From Pavona decussata (lineage: Eukaryota), in the NCBI GenBank assembly GCA_977016875.1, contig CDRNST010000051.1, positions 3,038,001 through 3,102,000 on the forward strand: DNA of 64,000 bases. Reading direction: 5' to 3'. A program made the position numbers and the translations under genes. Shown here in pieces: positions 51,881-64,000 of the stretch (within the stretch, counting starts at the first letter, position 1; every line of letters starts with the position of its first letter). The notes below the pieces were generated by a model. It searched no databases. It was not told the origin of the DNA and saw only the letters and a program-made list of their open reading frames with translations.

Positions 51881-54800
51881 CAGCGAGCGCAGCTATCTGA
51901 AGGCCACACACAGTCACTCACTCCATTAGCCGAACGTACAGAGCGGTCATTTCATTTGCGCTTTTACCTTTCCAACCAATTGCATTATTTCTGCTGTCAA
52001 CACCATTTCAACAAGTAGCAATTGTTCAGCTTATGATAGGTGTTGCTGCCAAAAAGTATTGGAGCGGGGGCGACATGCCACAAGGGAAGTACTAATTGCC
52101 TGTAACGGAGTACGCGCTCAAAGCGCAAAACCATGCGTGCGTATTTTGAACCAGCCAGTACAGTCAAGACTATGATTTACAAGAGTCCACATTGCAAATC
52201 GGTTTTTAAGGGACGCTGGCGATTTTTGTTTTGTTACTTTTATGCTAAAAGGAGACAATAGAGAACCATCTGGAAATCTGACAAGGAAAGTAGTGAATAC
52301 CCGTAACATGTGGGATACATAGGTCTTAAATACCCATAGCTGATCCCTGGTCGATTAATTATAGGTTTGAATTTGTCTACAAAAGGATGAATTTACAGGG
52401 GAAACCCTGAAAAAACAAGAACTTAACTATAATTGTCGCTTGATGCGAAAGAAAACAAAGGTGACAAATTCAAGGTTTTGCAAGTGTCACACCACTCACT
52501 TAGAATGAAAATCAAGAATCGGGCAGACAGAAGATTATTGGGCACCCGGGAATTTAATAGACTCATCACAAAATCGGCTTTTGATATGGGCTGAAAATAA
52601 TCAGGAGTTATGAGACTATCTGACGCAGGACATAATGCGTGCTAAGATCTGTGAGGTTTGATTCGGCGGTTTTTTGACACAACTGTCAGTAGGCGTGACT
52701 GTCCGAGGGCTTATCTACCGCGATAATGAATAGTAGATTAGCATAACTCCCAGTCAGCACTCACGTTTCGCTGATTGACTTATGGATAGCTTGTCAGATT
52801 CTTATCACTCCCTTTGTGTTTTTCAGCGCGTTCGATTTCTGGAGACTTAAAAGATAGTAAATTTAGCGATACTTCCTCATAAGAAGCCCTGTGGATGAGT
52901 TGTTTTGTCAAAGCAAATGTTTTTTTTAAGCCTCTTTTTGCCAGTGATGTTTTAGAGCGGATACATCGAACAAGTTAGAGCGCGTAATTAACGTTGGCCT
53001 AAAACTTGTGGGGTTCGAGCAAAGGTTGGGTCTGAGCTAAAAATACGCGGGAAACCGAAAATAGCATCCTTCATCCAATTATTGCTAAATCCTTGGCTGA
53101 CAAAAGCCATATGCGCTTAGAAAAAGGACTGGGAGCGCAGTTTTCGAGTGAAATAACACACGAGAGAAAAAGAATTATTTGCAGCACCAGGGATGTTGGT
53201 AAAATTCAACACAGGGTGTTTCGCAATTTTGTTTCAACGTTGCACAAGGCTCGAATGGTTATGCGTCAGTCCCTGCGTAGGTTCACCTGGGTTAGTATGT
53301 CATCAAATGGGGTATTAGTATCAGTATCATACCGCAACAATGAGGCATTTTGGCATAGCACGGAACGCTACAAGCATAGCAATTATCAAACGTGATAGCT
53401 GTAGACAAAGAAAGGTCTTGGGGTCAAGAGCTGATGGTGGTGGAACGTACCTTGTTTTGACTATTTGGATAAGTAAAAGTTTCCTTCCGATGATCGAGTT
53501 TTTCCGTTTAACACCTGGCTAGCAGTGGCAGTGGTGATGTGAAGAGACATGAAGGGTATGAAGGCGCATTCACAAAGCGCCAGTTATATTCGGAACTTCA
53601 CGACGCGTTATTGTATTAAAAGACATACAAGCTATCTCATGTAGTCTGCTCTAGTTTCAGCTCGGAAATAGCCCTGATGCGGTCTTTGCTTTTAACCCAC
53701 CACAATGGATTGCTTGAGTTTTTCAGATACTTTTCGAGTTCGAATCATTCAATGTGGTGTTCTCATTTACCCATTATACTAGAAAGCGTTATCACTAAAA
53801 GGGGTTACGGTTGTGCTTTGTGGACCGTGCTGTAACAGAGAAATAATGTCTCTTCGCCCATGTAACACCTTGTTACACCTGTATTCGAAAGGTAACAGCT
53901 TTTGAAAAAGTTATGGAGAAATGGGGAAGAGATCACAGGGAGTTTAAGCAAGAATACAAAGGACTTAAAATTTACGGTGAGTTAGTAAAATTGTGAACTG
54001 CTGAAAAGAAAAACTCGATCACGAAAACAACAACAACAACAACAACAAAAAAAAAACCCGTCAAAGAGCTAGAGCTTAACTGTTAAATCAAAACTTTCAC
54101 TTTGGTGGCAAAAGAGAATAGAGACAGCTGTGACCGAGAGGAATGCGAGAGCAAATGAAATCTGTCTCGAATTCCAAGAGATCACGAATAAAGCTGTCTC
54201 TGGAACACACGGCTCAGTTTGGTAATCCTTCCTTGACGAACTTCCAGCTTTCTCGATCACTGAACACTGAGCCTTCTCAATCTTCTTTTGATATTAAATT
54301 TGTCCGTCTCGGATGCATACCTGGCCTAAAAATAGCTGATCCTGGATCGGGAAATAGAGCGTAAAAAGTCCCTGGAAAAGCCGGTATTCGACAGTCTAAG
54401 AGATTATTACCGTCAGTGTTTATTTAAATCTCGTAAAGTGAGGGACGTTGCGCATACTTTCATATGCTTCGCTTGCAGGTGTGGAGAGTCCTAAACAGAT
54501 CCACAACTAGCTGTGCCAACAGCTGCACACAAATTAAAGACTGTCAAGTCGATTTGAAGAGTTGTATTACATCTTTTCGCAACAAATTCCGAAAACTCGG
54601 ATTCATAACTAGGAAATATTAAGTGGCAAAGGATAACCCTGAATACTTCTTTTCGAATTTCCTGATTGGAATAATCTATAAATAGGGGATGACTGTATTG
54701 TCACGATATTCACTGGCTCTAATCGAAAGATCTCACTTTCAGTACATGGCAAAACTGATCACGTACGTGAATACCCTTGAAATGAATGACAAAGAAACGC

Positions 54801-57669
54801 GACATACTCTGAACAGATTGGACAGAGAGGCGTTGTTTTTTCTTTTGGAACGCTTCCCGGTCCTTTTCAGAAGACATCGCAATTTGAAATATTTTGGTCT
54901 CCACAGCAACAAGAAAGTGCAACTTCCCAAGTCACGTCCCGTTTGTAAAACGCACGAAACGACACGAACAAGGTTTCATTAAAGCACGCGAAGACAGTTT
55001 GTCTTCTCCTTGAGTACAAAGCAACATCTCTCATAAACTGTTCTCAAGAGTATAAACAACAGTTCAATGCTTGCAGTTAAAACACGAATTATTCCGGCAG
55101 TAGTGCAAACTGACCTTTACTTTCCGTTCATAAAGGGTGGCCACTTGTTTGCCTCTCACGCCAATTGTTCATCTACATAATAAAGTAATACAACGTTATG
55201 CGTTGGAGACGCGAATTCTCCATTCCACCAACCGTGGGAAAATAACACCAAAAAGTTCCCACAGCCCACTATTCCCAATAGATTAACTGAAGGTTTTCGT
55301 CAATATTGACATTTTTTACGGTGCAAAAATTGGGGGGAGGGGGGTAACTTAGAAGTTTTGGTCTCGAGTTCAATAGTTCCCAGTGACCCGTGCTATACTT
55401 AAAACTATTTCAGGCGTTTGTCTCCGTTCTCAGCCGCGTATTATAATAGATTTTTCTAAGTCACTCGCTAAGCTTAAGACGATTTCAGTCTAGAAATAGA
55501 TTAGGCTGTTTGTTTGATCTGTTGCCTGTTTTACTTAACCACTTTCCTAAAACAGCAGCAAACAGATCACAACACAGAGGCAATCAATCACTTAGGCTCA
55601 ATTTAGACTCAATAGCTCGGATTTTTCCTTATTGAGAAAATGTCAATATGGATTGAATGTACCGTGGGAAAATAAACCAGAAGCCGATCAGTGAATTTGT
55701 TTTGAACCTCTTTCGTCCTCATAACTCAATTAAACCTTCACCTTGCTGTTTGACGCAGAAGATTTGTTAAATATTTGTGTCGCTATAAACCCAATTGTTT
55801 ACAAGGCAAAAATGTACTCTGGGGCTTCTTGTGAGTGCCCCTTACAAACGAACAGTCAAACTGCTAAGCTTTCGAGATCTATGTCAATATTGTTCTTTGG
55901 TGTCAAGACGGTTTTACTGTCATTCCTTTTCAATCAAAACAGTGCCAACGTTCAAATTCCACTTTAAAATTTTCCATCTTAAAAACTATTGAAAGCACTA
56001 GATTCCTACACATTTTTATTGTCAGGCTCCAAAGCGTCAGCTTTACTGGTCACACTTTGGTGCTCGTTCAAGAAACTCAAAAACTAAAATCTTTACGTAA
56101 TGACCCAAGGTTAAAACTGTTTTCTTAAAGTTTATGTTACAGCAGCCCCCGTCACCAAGCTTACTGATACACGCTTAAGATACTTGTTTGTAAACTTTGG
56201 GGACGTAACGCAATAGTTTACATTAGAACAAAGAGAAAAAGCAAGCGGGGTCTAACATTCCTTCCTTACAAATTTCATACTTCTCCTTTCAAGAGAGCTC
56301 TAAAAAGAAATTTCCAAAATGTTGGAAACAATAGCACAACAAGAAAGTACTCCAGCGAAGAACCTTTATTCCAAATGGTGAGCAACATCTTAATTCTCCT
56401 TACCCTGATGTCTACTTGATCAATAACTATAGCAGTATGGAGAAAATGCATGTTGGTATTGGGCCGATTATAAGGTTGATAGGCGACCGTGAAAACAGTA
56501 AAAATCGTCTATTTTTTCCCGTATATGGCATCTTCATAGCACAAGACCTATAGCACTCGAAAGTTAAAAAAAAGTGAATTTAATCCACGTATGATCTTAG
56601 GGCTGAAATTAGAACCAGAGAAAATAACTGATTTTTATTCTTGCGATTCTCAGGGTTAGGCGGTTACTAAGCTTCGGAAGGTACCGTTAAAAAGGGGGCA
56701 GGTAATATACTAAAGCTAGTCTTAAAAAGCCTGTTTTTAGCATTTCTGAACGTTTGATTATTTAAACGTGAGCCACCCCAAATGCTTCAAACCGGTATGA
56801 AAGTTTAATAACCAAGGATTCTAAGCACACAACCCAGCTATAAGTGTTAAAGCTTTTCCTCAAGTCTCTAAGTTCTGAAATTCTAGAAACTGGCATTCGA
56901 GGGTTCCGCAGGCCCCCTTCAGAGGTTTTTTTTTTCTACGAAAGGGCGCCCAAAAGCAATTTCGACTTCTCACCGATACAAAATTTAACAATAAATGACA
57001 AAGTGGTGGTATAAAATTGATATTTTGTGATGCGGAACTTTTTAGAAGTTGCTTTGAAAGCAGATTCAATTTTTGTGTGGCGTTTCAGGAGTGTAGTTCG
57101 GAACGATTTCATTTTGCGCCACGTTTGACGTGTTCCGATGCAAATTTTATGCGAGAATCCCGCGGGATCGATCCCGCAATGTCGCACTCTAGAATAAACA
57201 CCGGCTAACGTTGGTCCTTTACTCACCCTTGTGGTGCAATAACGCTTGGTCACCAGACGCAGTAATCAGCTTTTTGTTAAATTCTCGAGAATAGATCTCC
57301 GAGTTGGCCTTTTTTATATAGAACCGTCATTCTTGCCGCGTAAAAACGGCAGGATAAAGAACTGATTAATACTTTCCGTCATGTCATATTTCATTCATTT
57401 TCACTCTCACTCAGGGGTAACGCAGGATGTCTCATGCCATCCAGTTTCCGGAAAAGGCGCAGTCTGATCACACGTGGTGGGAAAAAACTGACGAAGGAGT
57501 CAAAAAACCAAATTAGCTCTGTTGAACGGTGGTACGGCTGTAATTTGAATTTGATAAGGTAAAAGGAATGGTAACTATCCAACTAAAAGCTTTGAGTTAC
57601 GGATAGCATTTTCCTGTGGAGTATGTATGATTGAAGTGCTCAACTGATATTTTGGTTAAAATTTTGGCC

Positions 57670-57785
57670 GCTTCTTAACTAGCATTTTCACCTTGAGCTT
57701 CAGTTCAGTCAAGATTTGAGAACGCAGCTCAGCTTCTTAACTAGCATTTTTCACCTTCAGGTAAGATTTGAGAACGCAGCTCAGC
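57670..57785. repeat. Short tandem duplication (about 62 + 54 bp)
   Basis: gcttcttaactagcatttt(t)cacctt...aagatttgagaacgcagctcagc occurs twice. Confidence 0.9.
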
Positions 57786-57887
57786 CGAATCAATAAATTT
57801 TCTCAATATCACTATCGTCACAAACCGCCAGCTAAAGTAAGCCGGGTCAGGGTGGCGAAATAGGCTCTAGAGCTGCCCAGCTCAGCA

Positions 57888-60384
57888 GATCCAACTGACG
57901 ACTTCCGACAAATAAACAGTATGATACCCTTCCTGCCATAACAGATGGTTGTCGGCTAAGTCGATTGCACCTTAAAACTAAGAGGATGGTGTATACAAGA
58001 ACTTTAAAAACCGCGCTATAATATTTTCTACATTTCTGTTGATTGTTCGCTGATGAACTGTGAATTTTGCCATGAAGGCAAATCAAGGTTTTCTTTTGGT
58101 TTTCCTATTTGCCGAGATGGCCTCAAGAATTGAAGATGTTCTGAACGTTGCTACTGAACTTAAGCCATACTTTTATAACTTTGTTTTCTTTTAATTAAAC
58201 CGGATAAGGTGATACGCTGAGTTCATTATAGAAAGAAAACAAATCGATCTATTTTCCAATGAGCTCTGAGAACATCAAGGAGTTGATCATATCCATGACA
58301 CTGACACAACGTAACTTGAGAAACCATATAACGCGAGATAACTGGAAAGTTTCAGCAAAAATTGCGTCCAGTCGAATTAAACGGATCTGTTTTTAATTTA
58401 CTGACTCGGGTCCCATTTCTTTACTTCTTTCTTATTATCGCGTTTAATCATTACTTTCAATCTAAAATTTCCAACAGTTTTTCAGTTTTCTACTGACTAT
58501 TCTTTATAATCTTCTTAATGTGGCTAACACTAGCTCAAACTATTTGCGGCAGTAGTGTAGTTTTGCATCCCATTAGTGCTAAAGTCTTGAAAGTGTATTT
58601 GATAATGAGACTACAGTGAAAGTCACTCCCATCCTCTTGTTATGATGAAATGAATAACGTCGGGTGTGTATTTTTTGACATAAACGATTGTAAAAAAATG
58701 CAGTGTTCTGAGACGTTACCTCCAAGCGTGTATGGGTCACACAGCAAGACACCCGTAAACTGAACCATTTCATTTCTGTAAACGTGCAGGCATCAAGAAT
58801 TAAGTTAATTTCCCATGCGAAAAATAACCGCAAAGATCGCATTGAAGTAAGTAAGTCTGACTTACTGAACGTCTAAAAAGGAAGCAATTTGCACTATGCG
58901 TAGATCTCTTTAGTGACGGCACGCAACTCTACAAACAGAGAAGTTTCCGCAAGTAAGAAAAAGAAACTGCCAAAAACTATGTACATATAACAATTCCTTA
59001 GCAGAGAACATAATTTGCACTTGTTTTTTGGTCTGATGAAAATTATTCTTACGAAAGAAAAAAGGGAATTTTACCTTCGAGTTTTAAGTTGCGCTCCAAA
59101 GCAGCAACGGAACCTACTTTTTTTGGGAATATCAACGCGTGAAAAAAAAATTAAACCGCCGGCTGGCCGACAGGAAAATATAATCCAATAAAAAGAGCCG
59201 TTTTAGCGAGACTGCACCAAATTTAGTTAATACGAACACAAAACCCAAGTGTTCTACGGAAGTAGGTAACGTTACTCTGCGGATTATATCACACAGTCAT
59301 GAAGACCCCCAGATAAATCAGTGAACACTATAGCGTACAATACAAAGGATACCACGCTTGTCAAATGTATCAGCTGGAGCAAGAATTCACATTGTTTCAC
59401 GGAAATCTGCTATGAAATAGATCTGTTGTTTTATCGCGTATCTGCGCCGGGGTTATAGAGCTGACAAGGCGCAGAGATAAGGATTTGATTGCTGTGCTTA
59501 GCCCGATTTTTCCGTCCTCAGCTAATCACAAAACTCATCAGACGGCTTAACCTCCGAATGTAATGTACATGTTTTTGAAATTTTCACTACGAGAACATTG
59601 AAATACAAAGCACCATTGAGAAGTATTGCTCAGTGGGTTTCGCTTGAAGGGCTGTACTTTGGTATTTTAACCGCAGACTGGAAAGTTCGACCTCACCAAC
59701 ATTACATGACTCAACAGTTTGAATCCAGAATGCGCTAAAGGGTAATTACATCCATCTCATCCGATCTGCGATCCTCTTGAACTTATTCCAAGCTACTAAT
59801 TTCCGCAGGGAAATTTGCTATCGTGTTAGGTTTTCTCGCTGAAAGGTAGCTTGTTTGCTTTGCTAATCGTCCTCTTGTAAACTAAAGTTTTTCATAACAA
59901 AGCATTCAACTATGAAAACACATCGTAATTATGGTTTAAGGGTCATACAACTCGGAACGATTAATAAGTGCCACTGCGCGATGACGGCTCATGCCCGTGT
60001 GTTGAATAAATACAATACGTTGCCCGAGGCTAGATTAGATTCAGTGCGATATCCTAGTGAAAAGTGGGCCGAGAAAATACCTTGAAACTTCCTTATTCGA
60101 GCGCGGTAGTGATGACCTCCAAGAGTCACCCACTGGCATGCCAGCAGTGCAAGCCAACTACATCAGGTAAGCTCAGGATTGAACTGGGTTTATTCAGTTA
60201 AGTTACTGAAGGGATTAAAACTAAAAATCAGAGTTCATCAGTTGTGCAGGGGTAAAGCGGCGGTAAGCGTTCCATACGATTGTTACCCTTATCAGTCAAG
60301 GTCACAGAAGTAAAGCAGCTCGGCTTTCGAGTGATCCAACTGACTACTTCCGACAAATAAACAGTACGATACCTTTCCTGTCAT
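57888..60384 (+). repeat. Dispersed 52-bp direct repeat (57888-57939 and 60333-60384)
   Basis: gatccaactgacgacttccgacaaataaacagtatgatacccttcctgccat versus gatccaactgactacttccgacaaataaacagtacgatacctttcctgtcat, 4 mismatches. Confidence 0.9.
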
Positions 60385-61905
60385 GAATATTAGAAGGCAG
60401 AGATAACGAATAAGCTGAAAGCCAGACCCAACACAAGACTGAGCGACACAACAGACCCATTGGTTCAGTTATCTATTTCAAGAGCCAGTACTCACACTTA
60501 ATCTTGCCAAAGTAACACCTAGGAACAAACTTATAAACTTTTCTGACGCTTAAGAATTTAATTGCAGAATTAACATGTCAGTTTAAGCCGTAAACTTGGC
60601 AGCTACGGCGAATTCAACTATGATAGAAGGCAAATGAGTCGTCATAAAAAAACAAGACCACTCGATAAACAGATCCACTTTTGGTTCATTAATCAAGGAA
60701 ATGCGCAGATCATTACTCGTGTCTCGACATATGTTGATGAGGCGGGCCAAGCCAGTGAAAGAGTTCAGCAATGAGGCATTCATAAGCGCTGAAGACCATT
60801 CACTGCGATTAGGGAAAGACAAGTACCGCCAAAGTGTTTCTCGCGATCCGATTGGTTAACTGTCCGTTATATTGCACAAAACTAATGAGTATTAAACGCG
60901 GAAAACCGCCCGTCTGATTTTAAAGGATTTCCCTTTTCGCAAAGGATTTCCCTGTTAGAGCTTGACTGATAAAAGTAAAAACTATAACCAAGCGCCAGTA
61001 CTTTATAGAGATTTGTACTTTGACGAAGTAAAACCCTTAACAATTGAAGAGTGGTATTCACACCAAAGCTGCTTCTAGCCAGTACATGTCAAACGATAAC
61101 CGTGATACCAGTTTCAGTTATCCGAAGAGATAAAATAACGAGACTTGGACCAAGATTCATTATATTATCTCTTGGTTACACCTCATACTAAATGTATGAT
61201 ACGAGAGATCAAAAGCGATAGTAACAAGAACAGCGGTTTTTTTGTTTGAAGGGATCAGGGCTCGGGATGTAAAAATTTTGGGGAGATCAGGGATCAAAAT
61301 ATTCCAGCTGCTTAGCCAGCAACTAAAAAAAACCCCAAATTCTTCTTGCAAGTCTTTTGCTAAACTACTCTGCAAATTAGAGCTAGACTTTCCAACTAAT
61401 CGTTTAAAACGTTTGTCAGGTCATTTCCAGCTTGCAGATTTTTATGTCAGCTGAATGAACTGAAACCGTTTTAAGCTAGTATTTGCCCATCAGACCAAAA
61501 AAAATAGCATCCGGCCTAGTGAAACAGACTATACCTGCACGGTTACCACTGCAGGCAATTGTATTGATGTTGCATGGCTTGCTTATTTGCTGTGCATGCA
61601 GGGAATAAAATAAAATGAAGTGAGTATGATAACAATTTGTTAGCTAATTTGAAATGAGATGACATGACAAAAGGACATAAAATAAAAATATACAGACAAA
61701 ATGAAATGAAAAATTCCTGTTAACTATGTTACTTTTTCAACCAGAAAATGGACCTTCAAACTTATCAATATAAAGTTATTTGTTGTAATTCTAATGAAGT
61801 CAATAGATTGATAACATTATCAATTTTAGTGCGTTTATTTTAGTTAATAGCACAAGTTAAATGTTAACTTAGAAAAATAAAGAAATGTTTTAGATTTCTC
61901 CTTGA

Positions 61906-62051
61906 NNNNNNNNNNNNNNNNNNNNNNNNNNNNNNNNNNNNNNNNNNNNNNNNNNNNNNNNNNNNNNNNNNNNNNNNNNNNNNNNNNNNNNNNNNNNNNN
62001 NNNNNNNNNNNNNNNNNNNNNNNNNNNNNNNNNNNNNNNNNNNNNNNNNNN
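61906..62051. other. Assembly gap (146 N)
   Basis: Run of n characters. Confidence 1.
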
Positions 62052-63775
62052 CTTGCAATAATAATTTTTATTCTTACCTTCTCAAGTTCAGTAAAGAAAC
62101 AGCAATATCAAACTAGTGAAAATAAACAATTAGAATTGGAGGTAAACTGTAGTGTACAGGAAGGGGTACTGACTATCCTAAATCTGTTCCACTAAATAGT
62201 CAGATGAAATGCAACTTTGAAAACAAAATTGTGCAGCGGAAAATTTCAACGATGAATTTGTTAATTTTGTTGCTTAGTACAGACGGAAGAATCAGTAGCT
62301 GCTATTTTCCAAAAAATTACTGTAGAACTGAAAAGGTTTCACTAACACACTTAATAGCTTACCTAATGTAATAGTGTCTCCAAGGGAATTTATGCATTGT
62401 TTCTTAATAATGAAGATCAACCACTGACTAAATGTTGTCTAGATATACACACAACTGGCAGAGTTCCATATACATGTAACTCAAAATAGACCACACTTAA
62501 TGACAGTTCTTGTTGTTTCCTTAACACACAAAAAATATCAACAAACTATAACAATCATCCCTTCTTAAAGAATAAACAAAACTAGTATATTATGAATAAG
62601 AAAGAGGCCACAAAGGGGATCCTTGATAGAACATTGATGAAACTGATCCAAAGAACTGAACCAAGGATCTAAACATCTGAAAGCCATCTTTGAATTGACT
62701 GCAAGTTAGACGTTAATTCTGTGTGCCTAAAAACAAAGGAATGCACTTCTTCACTTAATGTATACCAAATCGAGGATGTGAAAAGTGCATACACTTAATG
62801 AAAATACCTCCAAGATGATTACTATCTGTTGGATGAACCACACACACGAACTCTGCTAACTTTTGCAGTATGCAAATTGTTGCACATAACTTTGTGGAAG
62901 TTACGCCGTTGATGTCAGAATCTAATGCAGAAAGAATTCTGAACATCAATCATCCAACAGAGGTTTTATGTGTTACAATTAGTGAGGTATTCTCAGGAAA
63001 AGAGAATACTTCTTGTAACATGCACCATGTGAGCCGTGTGATATCTCCATTCACTAGAATAACTCACTAATCTGATTGGTTATTAGCAATATAATTGGCA
63101 TCAAATTGGAGAACATGCAGCTTTGATGTCCAATTACATTACTTTAACTCCTGTATTCTTCAATGTGTTCCTTTTTCACTGAGAAAGAAACAACCTCTCA
63201 AGCAGCAGTTATGATCAAGCTTTTGATAACACTTCAGTGTCCCTGCTATGCATCAACAATAACATTGGTTGATCACTTACTTCACTGAGTATTATTACTA
63301 TATGAGTGACAGATAACTTATTGATCATTCCTTTTAAAGATTGTAAATTCAAAACGTTGGAAGCATAACATTGTGCATACTAAAAACACAAAAGTTAGTT
63401 AAATTGTATTCAGTTTGCAAGTGAAATATATAAAATGTCATATATTTCAATTTGTCATGTTCATGAGAACTCAAGGAAATATTCTGAGTCCCTGACAGGA
63501 ATATAATCCATTGTAGTGTACACAAAATATGCAGCTTTATATGAAGTACCTAGGCACAGAAGAATGTACAGGATGATGACCAAAGCACGGCTGATTAGAG
63601 ACGGAGTTGTTTCTTAATGCCTGTGATAATCCACTTCAATTTGTTTAGACGTTATACAACATTGAAGTACACTACCAATGGCCTCAGTTTTGTACACTGG
63701 TTAGATGTTTTGATGAGCTAGGTCACCTAGCTTGGTTAAAAAAATGTATGCAATATATATGTACGAGTTATCACA

Positions 63776-63887
63776 TACTGCTAGGATTGGATCCATATTG
63801 ATATTTTTTTGTTTTTGTTTTTACGCCTGTCCCTTCCATTTTAACATGTATAATGGCCGTACTGCTAGGATTGGATCCATATTGATA
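63776..63887. repeat. Exact 28-bp direct repeat
   Basis: tactgctaggattggatccatattgata at 63776 and 63860. Confidence 0.9.
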
Positions 63888-64000
63888 ATTTTTTTTTATA
63901 ATGATGATGATTAATGGCCACTTGTATGTTACAAATTATTTTTCTTTTTTCATTTAAAGGGATGTGGCAATTACTAAACCACTATAGACAGACATAATTT

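Noticed and set aside
51659-61400. FoxL1 or another Fox gene upstream of FoxC
   Set aside because: No forkhead-like translation in any listed ORF or by eye; it could lie outside the window.
61864-62195. ORFs spanning the N run
   Set aside because: Artefacts of the assembly gap.
63776-63887. CRISPR-like 28-bp repeat pair
   Set aside because: Only two copies, eukaryotic context and no cas genes; a simple local duplication.

Overview
Eukaryotic (animal) genomic DNA, AT-rich, with one 146-nt N gap. The repeat landscape resembles a cnidarian, most likely a stony coral; that assignment is inference from remembered repeat families, not a search. The window holds three intronless forkhead transcription-factor genes: two tandem, co-oriented FoxQ1-class genes (2526-3269 and 22393-23106, + strand) and a convergent FoxC gene (50213-51655, - strand). 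This looks like a version of the ancient FoxQ1-FoxF-FoxC-FoxL1 cluster with FoxQ1 duplicated and no FoxF visible between FoxQ1 and FoxC. Intergenic DNA contains MITEs, tRNA-derived SINEs, L2/CR1-type and R4/Dong-type LINE fragments, a nested TE stack at 13.8-15.2 kb and a TE-dense block at 26-34 kb. Leads worth checking: a composite motif shared by both FoxQ1 promoters, a candidate 69-aa microprotein gene ending in a PxIxIT-like motif, a duplicated Fox-site module upstream of FoxC, and a CpG-poor block with several minus-strand splice-site pairs at the right edge. Almost all other listed ORFs appear spurious.
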